Notes: a model not told the origin generated them from the letters alone. A stretch of 62,205 bases of DNA, filler included, from Choristocarpus tenellus KU-1152 (GCA_964200185.2; 11 parts of 11 records of this genome joined end to end with filler, not necessarily neighbours in it); one strand, 5' to 3'. Numbered from the whole stretch's first letter, positions 36,251 through 49,794 are shown. Made by a program: numbers and translations.

Positions 36251-38260
36251 GTGTTGATCGAAATTTGATTCTTTGAACACGATGTTTAGCGTGTGTCTTC
36301 TGCAATAATAGTGCAGCCTCTCTTCATCACGACAAGCGCTTCCTCACATGCGCAACACCTCACGAGTTCTTCTCGCCTATGTGCTTCGTACTTTATTTAG
36401 AGTTGGACGGTTTCCAATGAAAGCCTTCAGTTTGTATCGAGTCTATGAAACGGGAAATGTTTTCCTGTGTCACCTACACGTACAGATAGATCTCCATGTA
36501 CTGTGTTGTCCACCAAGGTAATATTTTCACCATCCAAAGGCTAATTGTTTTATCCTACATATCTAATGCTGCACTCGTCAACATATGTCTTGCCCTGTGC
36601 TTTTTCAACGCACTTCGTTTCACAAGATCAGAGCAGTAGAGTGCATATTCAAATTTCAAACAAAACCTTCCGCGCACATTTGCCCTGCATTGAGTCTGTT
36701 ACACATGTGAAACATTTATCACTATACACACGACATGTGCACCTGGCCGTTTATGTGATTCCACTATGGTAAAAATGTATCCAATCTCATGTCAAACCAT
36801 GTTCAAAAGTTATGCACTGTGACAAATGCTTCAAACGTCATAATATGTACACCTCCATTGTTAAAGTTAATACAGTTTTTTTAAACGCCATCTAATGCCA
36901 CATATATTGACATACACAAATATTGACATACACAACCGTCTATGTCTTTCACACAATACACTCGACAGGATCAGAGGCAAGGATTAATATCCACTTACAC
37001 GTAACCCCCTGCCTCCGCGCATATTCTTCCTCCATACTTGTCCTTTAATATGCTGCCATCCTCCGAATAACCCGTCTCTACCCTCCCAAAAAGACCGAAA
37101 GTTGCCATGAAATTCGTATATTGAAATAAAACACTCTCATAATCCACCTGTATTTGCACAATACCCGTTTTATTTACTCACACCTCTTTCAGTTGTTGCA
37201 GCAGTACAATGGTTACAGGACAAACGACTCCGGTTCAATGTTGGGGCCATCCCCTTATTCATTGCGTCTTGTTCTTACTGTGTTTCCGCCTTCACTTCGT
37301 CAAAACACGCAACGCTTAAGTTGCTCCATCCCAACTTAACCGCTTAATTACAATTAAATCTCAATAAGAGAACCGGTTCATTGTCACTCCACACACCACG
37401 AGAGCGCAACAAATATGCTTAGATCATTCTTTCCGAGGAATCCACCCCATCTGTTCGCATCTTCTCAAGGCATTTGTCATCTCATCGTACATAATAGGTC
37501 GCAATAATAACCAATACAAAATCTAAGACATCGCACACACATCGCCATCAACATAGAATGACAATGCCATCCTCCCCCCCAAGAGGAATAGGATATTACT
37601 CCTGGCAATATGTCCTAATCCTATATATTGCATGTGCCACCAAGGAATACGCTCGCTCTTTGCTTGGTTGTCCTCGCAGCGTCCTGCGCGTTCTTCCTGC
37701 GTTTGTGCTCTCAATGTTTATCTTGCTTGGCAAGAATTGTCCTACCACCATCGAAACCTAACCCTACATTTTGAACACCTACTCCATTAATAAAGGCAAA
37801 TTCATCAAAGAGGCATATCGTCATCGCATTTCAAAAACCACTATAAATGGAGACACCAGCATATCAAGTACCAGTACCAGCCAGTACCAGTACCAGCCAG
37901 TACCGGTACCAGTACCAGTATCGACATCTGTATCGAAATATATATCGAAATCGGTATCGTTATCGGTATCAGTATGCCTTCAGTTTCCCTGGACTGTCGG
38001 CGGTTTCATTCGATTGACGAGCTCTAGCTCAGGTCTAGAGCTACGACTGGAGCTACGGCTGGAGATTAATTCAACACGATTGATATATATGATGACAAAA
38101 CCCAAAGAAGCAACTTCTCAAAGGTGCCCCTGTGAATCGGGGGTTCATCACACTCACCAGTTAAGACGTTTTCCCATAATTACATTAACAATCGTCCACA
38201 TCGAATTCGAGACCCCATTTGGACGGGGCCGTACCCTCTCAGATACTTTGACTCGCAGGA

Positions 38261-38855
38261 TGACTGACGTAGTACTAGTGACGCAGAACGAGTGACGTTG
38301 TGCGACTGATACAGACGCGTTCTGTAGTGTCTGCTGACGTTCGCAATAGATAACGAGGCAGAGGACCACGTGTCTGCTGACGTGTGCAATAGATAACGAG
38401 ACTGAGCACCACCCCACCTCGAGGAAAGGTGTTCACTCCGCTAATAAATTCATTCATACCACACAAAAGTACAAACTCTATTCGAACAGATGCAGGGTTG
38501 CGGTGCGCCGGTTTGAGGATGCGGTTCAGTCCCTTCCCACCCGCATAGCTCATCAGTGCCATCCCCCATTCTGCCCTCTTCTCCCTTGTATGCCCACGCG
38601 CGCCACTCCATAGTAACCGCTTAATTGGGTCTGCTTCCATATGTGAGGCTCCTAACCTGTGCAAAAAGAGCTGTTCGAATAGAGTTTTTGCTTTATGAGG
38701 TATGAATGAATTTATTAGTGAAGTGAGCACCATCCCTCGAGGTAGCGGGGTGCTGTGCCTCGTTATCTATTGCGTATGTCAGCAAACACGTCAGAACGTG
38801 TCTGTGTCAGTCACACTACATCACTCGTTCTGCGTCAGTTGTCCTGCGTCAGTCA
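38261..38855. mobile_element. Fold-back element with ~190-230-bp imperfect inverted arms
   Basis: 38261-38489 is the reverse complement of 38671-38855 (e.g. CTAATAAATTCATTCATACC / GGTATGAATGAATTTATTAG; AAACTCTATTCGAACAG / CTGTTCGAATAGAGTTT). The left arm has an internal ~40-bp duplication. No TSD seen. Confidence 0.8.
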
Positions 38856-38923
38856 CTTACATTAAGCAAAAAGAAACTAAATCGTCGAGATTCGAACCTA
38901 TTATTACTCTAGGCGTACAGTAA

Positions 38924-39428
38924 CAAGTGATTGATATTTATTCCACTCAGCTAACACTTTTGTTAGATGCTATTGGTTACCAAACAGAAGACAAACCTAT
39001 AGACTACCACCAGCCTATACTGCAAAGCTTCAAGGTCGTACAGCTGGGTATATGTTGTAGTCCACCCGCTGGCGCACCTCCAGCCGGGAACATTCCCGCT
39101 GTCCAGAGTGTGGGGCCAGGCGCTTGGCCACTATTTGCACTGCCCTATCCATGCACTGGAGTTTTCCTGTCCTGGGAGAAATCTGTTGAATTTAGTGGGG
39201 TGCTAAGCGCTTTGCATCTTGAGCCCCACGCCCAATGTTTCCATCCGCATGCCCAGTCGTATTTGCCTCGCTCCCTGTTGTGGAAGCCTCCTCGTCGCCT
39301 TCGCCATCGATGTTCATGGCGTCTTCGTGCTACAAAAACAAGTGATTTACATTTATTCCACTCAGATAACATTTTTGTTAGATGCTACCGGTTACCAAAC
39401 ACATAAGAAACCTATAGACTACCAGCCT
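38924..39428. repeat. ~90-bp direct repeats about 415 bp apart
   Basis: CAAGTGATT...ATTTATTCCACTCAG.TAACA.TTTTGTTAGATGCTA..GGTTACCAAACA...AAACCTATAGACTACCA at ~38924 and ~39338. Confidence 0.8.
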
Positions 39429-39559
39429 TTATTGGACAGGACCAACACTTATACGCAGAGAGTATCTATCGTCATGGCCGGGATGGGCTCCACGGAAGTG
39501 CGGAACACATCCACACCACACTGCACCAGGGCATGGACCTCTGTGCCAGGCACGACAAC

Positions 39560-40162
39560 GAGGAGAAACTGAATCCCACCATCTACCCCTATGCCAGTAT
39601 CCTCGCCCAACTTGTGTTTGTAGCAGGCATGGCTAGCCCAGACCTGTCCAACAGTGTTTGTGAACTGGGGCGCGGGGCGGCGTCTCCATTCATGCGGCAC
39701 TGGCGGCGTGAACTGCAGCACGTTCTGCGCTACGTAGCAGGGACACGGGACATCTGCTTTCATTATGGTCAGGGGACTAAAGATATGAATGGAGGGGAAG
39801 GAGAGCTCTTGGTTGGGGCACCGACTCCCAAACGCGCAGGAGTGTCACGGGTTACCTGCTACTATTAAAAGGATCGCCAATCGCCTGGCGCTCCAAGCTT
39901 CAAGGCGCCGTCACCCTCTTCAGCTCAGAGGTGGAGTGGACGGCAATGGCATGCAGCATGCGCCACTGCATTTTCCTTCGAGGCATTCTGGGGGAGATTG
40001 GCGTACCTCTGGACCAGACTCCCTGGTTCTGTGACAACTGCGGTGCTATCCAGGTGGGCAGCATCACAGGTTTCAACAGGAGAACGAAGCACGTGGATAT
40101 GAAGCTGAAGTGCACCAGAGAATACGTGGATCAGGGTCTGTTCCACGTATTATACGTTCCTA
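39560..40162 (+). mobile_element. Ty1/copia LTR retrotransposon pol remnant (RT C-terminus + RNase H), frameshifted
   Basis: YPYASILAQLVFVAGMASPDLSNSVCEL...HW...HVLRYVAGT, then KLQ..VTLFSSEVEW and WFCDNCGAI...RTKHVDMKLKCTREYV...LYVP. These are copia RT/RNase H signatures across shifting frames. Confidence 0.85.
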
Positions 40163-40172
40163 TTGTGCAATT

Positions 40173-40679
40173 TGCTATTTATCAGTAGTGAAGACAAAAA
40201 GGTATGGAGCAGAGGCTCACACGGTCCCCCATTGCTGAGCTTGATTAGATGGTTGAAAGGAAGAGTTGACCTTGTGAGGTGTCTTCTTATTGCTTGTTTC
40301 TTTATTATTTGTGTCAGAACAGTAACTGCAATATCGAACTCCATAAATAATTCAGATGTACTATCTCATTAGTGACATCACTTGGACTCTGTGCAAAAAT
40401 AGGACAAGAGTGAGGTGTAACTTATTTTTGTGTATGAGAGATGTAACTAATGAGATAGTACATCAGGATTATGAATGGGAATATGTATGGGTTTTTATTT
40501 TGCATTCAACTCCTTTGACATAATTGTTGACTTATGCAGGAAGCACAAACAATAATAAACAAGCAATGAGAAGACACCCCTCAAAGGTCACTCTTCTAAT
40601 TTCAACCATTTAATCACATTCAGCAAAGGGGATCATGTGAGGCTTCACACCTTCTTGTCTTCACTACTGATAAATAGCA
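40173..40679. mobile_element. Fold-back/MITE-like element with ~200-bp inverted arms
   Basis: TGCTATTTATCAGTAGTGAAGACAA / TTGTCTTCACTACTGATAAATAGCA and inner GATGTACTATCTCATTAG / CTAATGAGATAGTACATC. It begins right where the copia RNase H frame stops. Confidence 0.8.
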
Positions 40680-41139
40680 TTACCTCCAAGGTAAATTGCA
40701 CAGACTCAATTCAATGCAAGAATCTCACATGCACAAAATAGGGTACACCTTACTATTGTTCTATTTTGCACACTCCCTCATGAGAGTGCAGGCAATGAGG
40801 GTTGCTGGGAACTCTCAAACCTATAATATATATATATCCATAGTCAGAAGGGAACTCATCTACAACCTTGTCCACACTGCCTTTCTGTATGGTCCTGAAT
40901 ACTTTTGGATACATATTACCCCATTTTGTGTCTTAATCTGCACTCTCCCCTATGAGGGTGGAAGTAGAGGAACACAAATTGCTTCAACTCTCACACACAT
41001 CACCTTTCTCCGTCAACGCAGTAAAAGAACACTTCTTGCTTCAACTCTAACACACGACATTCATCTAGTGAACAGAGTATTTACGAAGTCTTTTACTTGC
41101 TTTTTCAGATGTACCAACACAGTTATGTACGATCGTGTC

Positions 41140-41400
41140 CCATGACGATCCCTCGCTTGGTGTATAGGTGAAACGTTGAACAAGCTCCTCTCTGTTGTTT
41201 CTCTTAGTGGACGTAGCGCTCACTCCCCCAGGCTTGAAGTCCATCATAATCGAATGCTTTGTAAACCCTCTCGTTGAGTGAAGTCCTGTGCCACCAACCT
41301 GGCCATGAACTGTTCGATGGTCCCCTTGGCTATTGACTTTATCTTAAATTTGTATTTAGTCTTGACAGGATTTCTTCCAAGGTCAAAACCTCTCCCTCTG
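41140..41400 (-). mobile_element. Ty1/copia reverse transcriptase N-terminal fragment
   Basis: PVKTKYKFKIKSIAKGTIEQFMARLVAQDFTQREG matches the copia W.FK.K...G.I..FKARLVA.GF.Q..G motif. Confidence 0.75.
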
Positions 41401-44400
41401 TGAATGTTCTGAAGGGTGGAATCTGGTGTTGCTATAGCGAGATAGGGCATCAATATGGGCAACAAAACAGTCAACAACAAACTACTCCAACATGGTATTC
41501 TCCCGATGTTGTCAGATTGATGAAATGGTGGCGATAAACACCAACTTGACAAAGCGGTAGGCGCACTGCAAGTGCCTCTGACGTGTTGCGCATGTTTGGT
41601 GTTCTGGTTACCATTATAGTCAAGAGAGAGAATGGCAAACAGGTTATTGAGCAATAGAGGATAACCCAAAATTGATCTGGGGTTCAGACTTTGGTCATTT
41701 CTTGTCCGTTTTTCCCTTCAGGGAGCTTGTCTCCACATTTTCGTTGACTACTAACAAACACAGAGTAGGGTGTGGAATAGGGTGTGAGGGGCAAAGACAG
41801 GTGGGCAGAAGTGAAGGGTTTCATCGAAGCTTGGAATTGCAATTGAGCCGTTGTATTTCGGTCATCATGAGAGGTGATGGTCGATGAGAGGATATCGTCT
41901 TGGAAGGCACTGGATAAGAACGTGGGTGGTCTGGCATGATAATTTACCACACACAGGGATTTCACCACGTGCGTTATTGCATATTCATTGGTCAAATGGC
42001 AGGACAATGGTGGGACAGAGAGCAACTGTGGAAGTGCCAGAGAGAGTCCTGTGGACAGGTCATATTGTGGATGGAGTGTGGTACAGATTCATATCACACT
42101 GGTAGGCGCATGTAGTGGAATGAAAGTCAAACAGGTAACAAATAATAATAATAATAAACTAGGTCAACACTCATCAACACAATGAGGGTTCACTCCCAAA
42201 AACCTAGTAGAAATACTGCATGTCTGCATTGTATGTGGTAAATGTTGAGACCTGGAGATCAGAGGGTATCACTTCTGACTTCAAGACGTGAGTACGAAGA
42301 GACCGTGCATTCAGCATGGCAAAGGTGGCATGAAGGTGGTGATGATCATTGTGGCAGAGACCTTGGAAGCAGGAACGAGACAAGATATTGCAGAGGACCT
42401 CAAACAGAAGTAGAGAGAATTTATGAAGGAGATGCTGGAAGATTTATGTTACAGGTCGGATTTAATTTGTCCACATGTGCTAAATCTGAATTTCTTCAAA
42501 TTGTTTAGATTTTCACCACAGTGAGTTTGGTAGTTTTGTGGGGCGGTGTAGACTTTGGTGTTCTCGGTTTGCTTGCTTGCTTTGTGTCCTGCAAGTGAGA
42601 GGTACTTCAATTTTTTGGGGCTTTCATTTCAGGTGACAATAATGGATGGAAGGGCAGATGGGCACCCTGAATCCACTTGACATTCTATCACTGCGACACA
42701 ACAACAGTGTTTTCTCACAATAATTCCACGGAGAGTCCTTCAACAGATCAAGAGAGATATGTAATGACCAATTTCTGTGCTGCATTTTTTTATATACCAT
42801 GATCATGATATGATACCATACTTCCAAAAGTCAAGTGGAGTCCCTCACAATGGCCTCGTCCATGAATGAGATTGATCTTCACCATAGCATAGTCCTGTAC
42901 CCCAACTGTATGCAATTCTCCCTCACAATTTCAGGGACAGAACCAGAGTAGTACTTGGTCTCTTGAGCCATGACAACTTTCACAAAATCCTACAATGTCA
43001 AATGCTGCAGGTTCACTTTGTCTGGAGAGGCGGTGAGGATAATGCACTGTCACTCCCTGTCATTTTTTAATTGCTCATGCCCATCTACTCCAATGCCACC
43101 CCTACTTCAATCTTTGCTCCCCCCTCCTGCAAGTGGTTTATTGATTCTCAACTTTAGCAGGTCTTGGGCAGTAGACCCTCACACTATTGTGTTTTTTAAT
43201 AATGGCAATTGCACGTAGGAAGGTATCCAAGATTCGTTCACACTCTGCAAAAGTAACTTCAGCTTTGGGATATAACAAATGTAAGTTTCCGTGTCTATGA
43301 ATCAGACAGGAAAATAACGCCAGCAAATTTTAAAAAGTCCCATCCACTGGTCAATCCAGTCCCAAATTATTGAGCATGTCCTGGTCCATGTCCACAAGGT
43401 ATTCAACCAATCCATGTCCACCAGGTGGCCAGTCAAACTTTTTTCGTTGCATGTCCAGACCATGGCCACCCTTTAGTTGATTTATTTCTAGCATGTCAGG
43501 ACGATGTCCATTACGAGCTACACAACCATAAATGTGAGACACTCACACACTCACGGATCACAATCAACTCAGATATCCAGTAATGTATTTGTACCAAATT
43601 CACTATTTAAATATTCTAAATAAAACATAAAATAATATAGAAATATCACTATATATACTACACTTCGTACTTACCATAGAAAAGCCTTACGACCAACAGT
43701 GAACATGCTTACCGACCGGTCCAATAAAAAACCCTGTAAAATACATACATGCAGACCAGAGCTTGTCAACTTCTTCAAGGATGAACTTAAGGGTGTCACG
43801 GAGCACTATTTGAGTCATTATATGGAGACCCTAAAGCAAAATTGAAGATAGCTAGGTACCTGTGGTTGATCACCCCAAATCACATGACAGTGAGTTTTCC
43901 ACGATCTCTTCACTTGCCTCCAATATAACCAACAAATAAAAAAAGTACTATAGTTATTTGGATCTCTGTATGTGGAGAAGGAAAAGAGAGTGGTATGACA
44001 GTACACGCAGGTAGAAGGGAATTGGGGCAGTATGATGACACTTACAGATACCCGAGGCATTGCATCTAGCAATAACAACTGTTATATTATCACCTCTTCC
44101 CTGTGGTACTCAATACCTTCTTTCACAAGGAAGAGCAGAGTGCACCAGCACCCTTGATTCAATGGCCCCTGTGAAACTCATCAGCAAGACTGTAAGTCAT
44201 CCTATTGGCCTTGTTTTAAAGCAGCATGCTTTATCTTAAAATATGCGTATCCTCCCTCTTTCGTGCCAGCAGAGTACAGCATTGGCACAAGGAAACCTGG
44301 GACCCATGTTGATGTCTGGCAGACCCTATCTCCGAGTCAATAAAGGGTACCCCTCAATAAAGGGAATGAGGTCAGAAAGTGTCCAGCAATGGACTAACCT

Positions 44401-47256
44401 GCCCTCCCCCCATTTTGCCAACAACTTTGCAAAGCAGGCTCCAATACTACCCTAGGCAATGCAATTTGACGGTCAAAGATTGGTTTCCCTAACATCACCA
44501 TGTTCCTCAAAACTCCTCAGCTTACCATGTACTTACTCCCTCTAGTTCACTACCACAAAAATGAGGTTCTTCAATGTGGCAGATGTAATTTTCTGGATGA
44601 ATATGCCAAAAGTTCCAACCAACTGCTTTCAATTGAAACAAGTTGCATTTAAATGCCATGAGCATTAGTGGCGTTATGAAGAAGGGTATTTGGTAAAGGT
44701 ACAGCAACATGCCAGAGGGGACAAAAATCAGGGCTGAAATGATAAAAAAAAATGTAACATTCAGTTTTTGTCATACTAAGGTGCATGATTGCAACATATC
44801 ATCATTTCAAATTCTCAAGATCAGCCACATCAGCGGAGACTAAACTTAGCACAACAAAAAAGGAGAAGGACATCTCCGTCACAGTATTGATAGGTGCCAT
44901 TGGAGACTACTTTTAGCTGGACAAAGTTTTGTGGCCAGGTCCCAACCATAGTTTACCTGAGAGCTGGGAAGGAGTAAATTCTTGTATGGAAGCTCATTTT
45001 GAAACTTTTAACGGAACTAGTGTCAAAATCTACAGTTCCTATCTTCCCAGGATGTCATTGGCCAATTGTGTGGCATAGCAGCGTGCCTATTTCATAGTTG
45101 TTTCTTCTAGCAATACAGAGGGAGCATTGCACACAGCCCAGAATAAATTCAACAAATGTGGTTGTCTTACCAAAAATATGATGCTGACAAAATTAATCTC
45201 CACTTCTTCAGTCATAGGGATAAGATTCCTTATGGCTTGAACCTCATGTGATTTTTGACTGGTTTTGAAAGGACTCAGATGAATACAAATCCTTTGAATA
45301 AACACCCCGGTTTGATTGATGCCTTACCTGACCAATCTCCGCACATGGATTCCAGCATCAAGCAAAACATACATCAATTGTCAAGCGGTTGTGACATGAA
45401 CCTCACTGTCTTGTTTAGAGTACTCTTGAATATGCAATATACACTTCTGAAGTCTACACATTCATCATAGCACTTGTGCTCTTCACGCTTACTAATAGCA
45501 ATATTATATTGACACTACCTTCATCTTATCTCCTTCTATTCAGGAAGTGGGCAATGATATCATGATGCAAGGAGGCTTCTTTCTAAATCTCTCGAGTTTT
45601 CATCACTGATGAGTATTGCTTGGAGTGATTTCTGGCACCAGTTGGATGTAAATGAGCACTTCAACCCAGACAGGGTCAATTGGAATCTCATGTTGATAAT
45701 GGACACAATGTCAAAAATAGGGTTGCAATTTAGTGGCCAACGTGATACAACTACAGAAGAAAGTGTTGGCAGTGTATGTCAACTTCCTCACAGTGTATTC
45801 ATAACACCATACCACTCCACTCATCACAAGTACCTAGTGCACAAAAATCAGGAGAATTAGAATTAGGACCTGTGCAAAAGGGAAAAATCTCCAAACCTGC
45901 ACTGAACTGTGGAAAGATAGAGGGCACAAATACTGAAGCTTGTGTAAGCTTGCACAATTTTTGCAAACTATAACCTTTGTTGACTAGGTAGGAATAAAAT
46001 ATCAAGACTTCCACCTAATTTTCATTTGACACAATAATTCCAGGCAACTCATTCAGTCACATGTGAAGCTGGAAACTTCCATCGATGAATTTGACACAAT
46101 TGAACACAGGTTTGTCATTACTGCTAGGATTGGAGGTGTGCATGCTGAAGCAAATTAGGCAACTCAATTGTTCAAAAGTTAACTGGTAATGGATGCCAAT
46201 AGCAACAAGATTGTGGCATCAATCAATATCAGCAAAAAATGGAAGACTAGGAGGACATGCCATTGATAGAGTTGCTACTAGTAGAAGTGGAGCTTGAGGT
46301 TTGAATCTGAAAAAGGAGATGTTTCAATATTATAATGCATCATATCCATAAGAAATTTGTGGCAGCTGACCTTGTTGAGAGATTGACTACTACTCTAATG
46401 CTTCACACTTCTAGTGTGTTTCTGGGGTCAGAAGAACGAAAATACCACACACAAAGCTGCCTGAAACTACCAACCTACACATGCAGTGTTATTCCTCCCA
46501 CCACTTGTTTTGTATTTAGCTGTCCATCAGCAGAAAGAAACAGTACCAAAATTCTTTCAGAGCAAGGGATCAAACGCTTAGAGGAACCATCAGCCATATC
46601 TGTTGCATCAATTTGTTATCCAAATTCATGAGAGTCTGCAATTTCACCAATATTCTGCGTGGGTTTCTTCTACCAAACATGTCAACAGCCTCAAGAAATC
46701 CCAAGCAACATTACATTGACAACATCTTCACTGCATACGCTGCTGGCCCTTTGAACTAAACAAAATCTGATATTCCCAGTGATATCCTCCAGAAGTAGCA
46801 ACATCAACAGAGATATCTTGTTCAGTCTCAAGCATCACATATCTTCTCACCTCCAAACCCTCCGACTACTGTCAGTCCACTCCTTACGCCGATCCCAATC
46901 TCTGTCCCTTCCCCTCTCTCTAAATCGGTCCTGTTCCCGCTCCCGACTCCCTCCATTCCTTCGTCGATCTTTGTCTCGGCTCCTGCTCCTACTATGCCTC
47001 TGATTCCTGTGCCGTGTACCTTTTTCTCGATCCCTATCCCTTTCCCCATCCATATCTCGCTCTTGGCGCCTCCCTCTTTCCCTCTCCATGTCCTCTTGAT
47101 CCTGCAACACCACACTCCTACTTGAGCTGCCACTTTTGCTTTGACTCTTGCTTTCANNNNNNNNNNNNNNNNNNNNNNNNNNNNNNNNNNNNNNNNNNNN
47201 TTAATTAATTAANNNNNNNNNNNNNNNNNNNNNNNNNNNNNNNNNNNNNNNNNNNN

Positions 47257-47333
47257 AAAGAAGAACCCATGGGAAGCCAAGCCCCAAATGGACAAACAGG
47301 CAAAAACCCGTACCCTCCAAGATACTTTCACTC
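47257..47333 (-). mobile_element. End of ~260-bp Sola2-like MITE at contig start
   Basis: ATGGGAAGCCAAGCCCCAAATGGACAAACAGGCAAAAACCCGTACCCTCCAAGATACTTTCACTC. Confidence 0.8.
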
Positions 47334-47738
47334 AATGAAACAAATAAGTACGTACTTGCCGGGGGGGAGAGAGCAAGCGACACAAGAGGGAGTGGAAGGT
47401 ATGAAGGACATGAAACAACATGGGAAAAGTAAAGAATATTGGAATACACAGGGATTCATGGAATCTCGTGCCACTAACATTATAATAGTACAACGAGTGT
47501 GGAACGTAAGGCAAATAATCAATGCAAAAATTGCAAACAATAGGAGATAAAGTAATAATAGGAGAAAATATGGCAAAAAATTGTGGTGAACACGAATAAT
47601 GCCAGCATGCGCGAAAATGGACAATGAAACAAAGAAGTACGTATTTGCTGGGGGGAGAGAGCAAGCGACGCAAAAGGAGGTGGAAAGTATGAAGGACATG
47701 AAACAACATGGGGAAAGTGAAGAATATAGGAATACACA
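47334..47738. repeat. ~115-bp direct repeat pair
   Basis: AATGAAACAAA.AAGTACGTA.TTGC.GGGGGGAGAGAGCAAGCGAC...TATGAAGGACATGAAACAACATGGG.AAAGT.AAGAATAT.GGAATACACA at 47334 and ~47623. Confidence 0.85.
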
Positions 47739-47749
47739 CGACCCAATCC

Positions 47750-49610
47750 TCATCTACTGAACGGTCGCACAATATTCGATCGGCACACGGACGGAATGAT
47801 AACCGTCATGGTGGATTTCAATAGTCTCCCGCAATATACCCCGTATTTCAGCGCTGGCAAACTCTGCAACTCACCGTTTAGGCGGTGTAAATGCACCTTC
47901 CACGGGTGGGGCACAGTGAGCGCGATGGTGCCCTGAGGATACATCTTAACCCGCAAGCATTGAAGCACCTCGCGTAGGTGTGTGTTGGTCGCCTCTTCGT
48001 CGATGAGGAGTCTTGGCTCGGCGGCAATGGACACTATGGCGAGCTTTGGCGCGTTGCGGAAGGTGAAATCACCAAGTTTGTCTAGTGATATAGTGGGGTC
48101 GAGAGGGCGAAGATCGTGTAGTGCAGTGTTCTCATTCCTGCTAGGACGTCATGACACATGACACAGTAGACAGACAGCACGACAAGAAGGACAGCATAGT
48201 AAGCTACGATGCAGGCAATCTTTTCGTTAAGTGAGTTCCTGATAATATTTTCACGGCATCTCCAAAATGTCAGGCCGTACCCTCCACAACGCCAGACTCA
48301 TCAGACACATCTCGTGGAAGGAGCGTAGGCGTCAAAAAACTAAGTTCCATGTCCCATGGAACCCTCCAAAAAAGCGACACATCCAAGGTACAAAGGATGA
48401 GCAACCCACATGATGTACAAGCAGCCGCGACCTATGTGCATACCAACGCGAAAACAAACACACAGAGACGACTCATGTGTCGCTATAATGTGCAACAACG
48501 CCGAGACCCACATGCACTTCTCCATGTCGGCCGTTTCGCTGTGTGAGGTGGGACGTAAAAAGCTTTGCGTCGTGGGTGACCCGCCCGCGCTCCTTGCGCG
48601 AGCCTTACCCTTACCTTTGCCCCTGTCCCGACCCGCCGCTTCGTTCTCCACCGATCCAGACCCTTCACTGCCCTCCCATGCCATGGGGCAATTGATACAT
48701 AATTGATCCTTGTCCCTTTCGTCGCCTACAATCTCCGCGTTGGCACATTCGCCCATATGGGTGATTGAGCACCTAGGGCATGAATACCTGTCGCGCGTGT
48801 AATCGGACGAGAGCATTAAACAGACAGGATAGTATTTTTCCAAATAACTAATTGGGCACAACAACACAACGCGGGAATCCACGGTTACGAAGGATCACGA
48901 AATTGGCGGCACAAGAAAGTACAGGTGAGGTACAAATGTCGGTGATGTACATGCATTATTAACACACAATCGTACTGTGGTAAATAAAGAGACGTGGGGG
49001 TAGCTACCGCAGCGCTGCATACAGGGGGATCCCGCAACATACAACCGGTTCAATGGTCTGCACCGCTGAAAAGATACAAAGTATCTATCCGTTCAGGGGA
49101 TTGGATGGAAACCAATCTTACGCTATTAATTACACTCCGCCCTACACGTGTACCGTTACAAGTTCATTACCCACCGAGACGTAGGTGGAGGATTGCATTC
49201 AGCACAGCAAACGCCCGTGTTCCACCCTCCATGGTCGTTTTGAAGTTCCTCCGCACCAGGAACACTGCCCACAGAACCCCCTTCGTCCGCACCCTCCATG
49301 TCTGGGAGTCCGTTCCCTCCGAGGTCTTGGTCGCCTCCTACATCTTTGTCCCCTCCGACGTCTTCGTCCCCTCCCCCATCCTCTTTCTCACGGCCATTTG
49401 ATGCCGATCCGTTGTTGCTCTCAACTTCTGCACCGCCGCCATCACAGCCCCACCCGCTGTGGACCTGGTGGAGGTTGACCCGGTTGAGTATATCCTGGTA
49501 TTTACCATCCCAGGTGGCGAGGTAAGCGCGTAGAGACGAGTCCTTCTCGATAATCTAGTAGTGGAGACGGCGGAGGACGTCGTTGAGGAGAGGAGGGGAC
49601 GATGGTGACG
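47750..49610 (-). pseudogene. Degraded spliced gene with Cys/His (PHD/RING-like) cluster
   Basis: GC-rich coding-like blocks with occasional in-frame stops. One block reads YPVCLMLSSDYTRDRYSCPRCSITHMGECANAE...LCINC, with an acidic Gly-rich linker upstream. Splice-like boundaries near 49151, 48506 and 48140. Domain identity is a guess. Confidence 0.35.
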
Positions 49611-49794
49611 TAAAAAAATGGGACAGTGTAATGGAAGTACGATAGCATGTCCATCAGGCAGAGCAAATGATATGGTTGACGTGGTGAGCGTGTTTAATGG
49701 AGGCGGCTTGCGAGGTGAAATAGTTTGAAACACGTTGATGTCGAGGACGCCAATCATATACATTTTTTTTCAGTGACGCATATTGGAGGCAGAA

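Noticed and set aside
37860-37975. (CCAGTA)n and (TATCGA/G)n hexamer runs giving a QYQ/PVP ORF
   Set aside because: Simple-sequence expansion with no evidence of coding.
46847-47113. SR/RD-rich splicing-factor-like ORF
   Set aside because: Low complexity only, with no RRM or other domain, and downstream frames are broken by stops.
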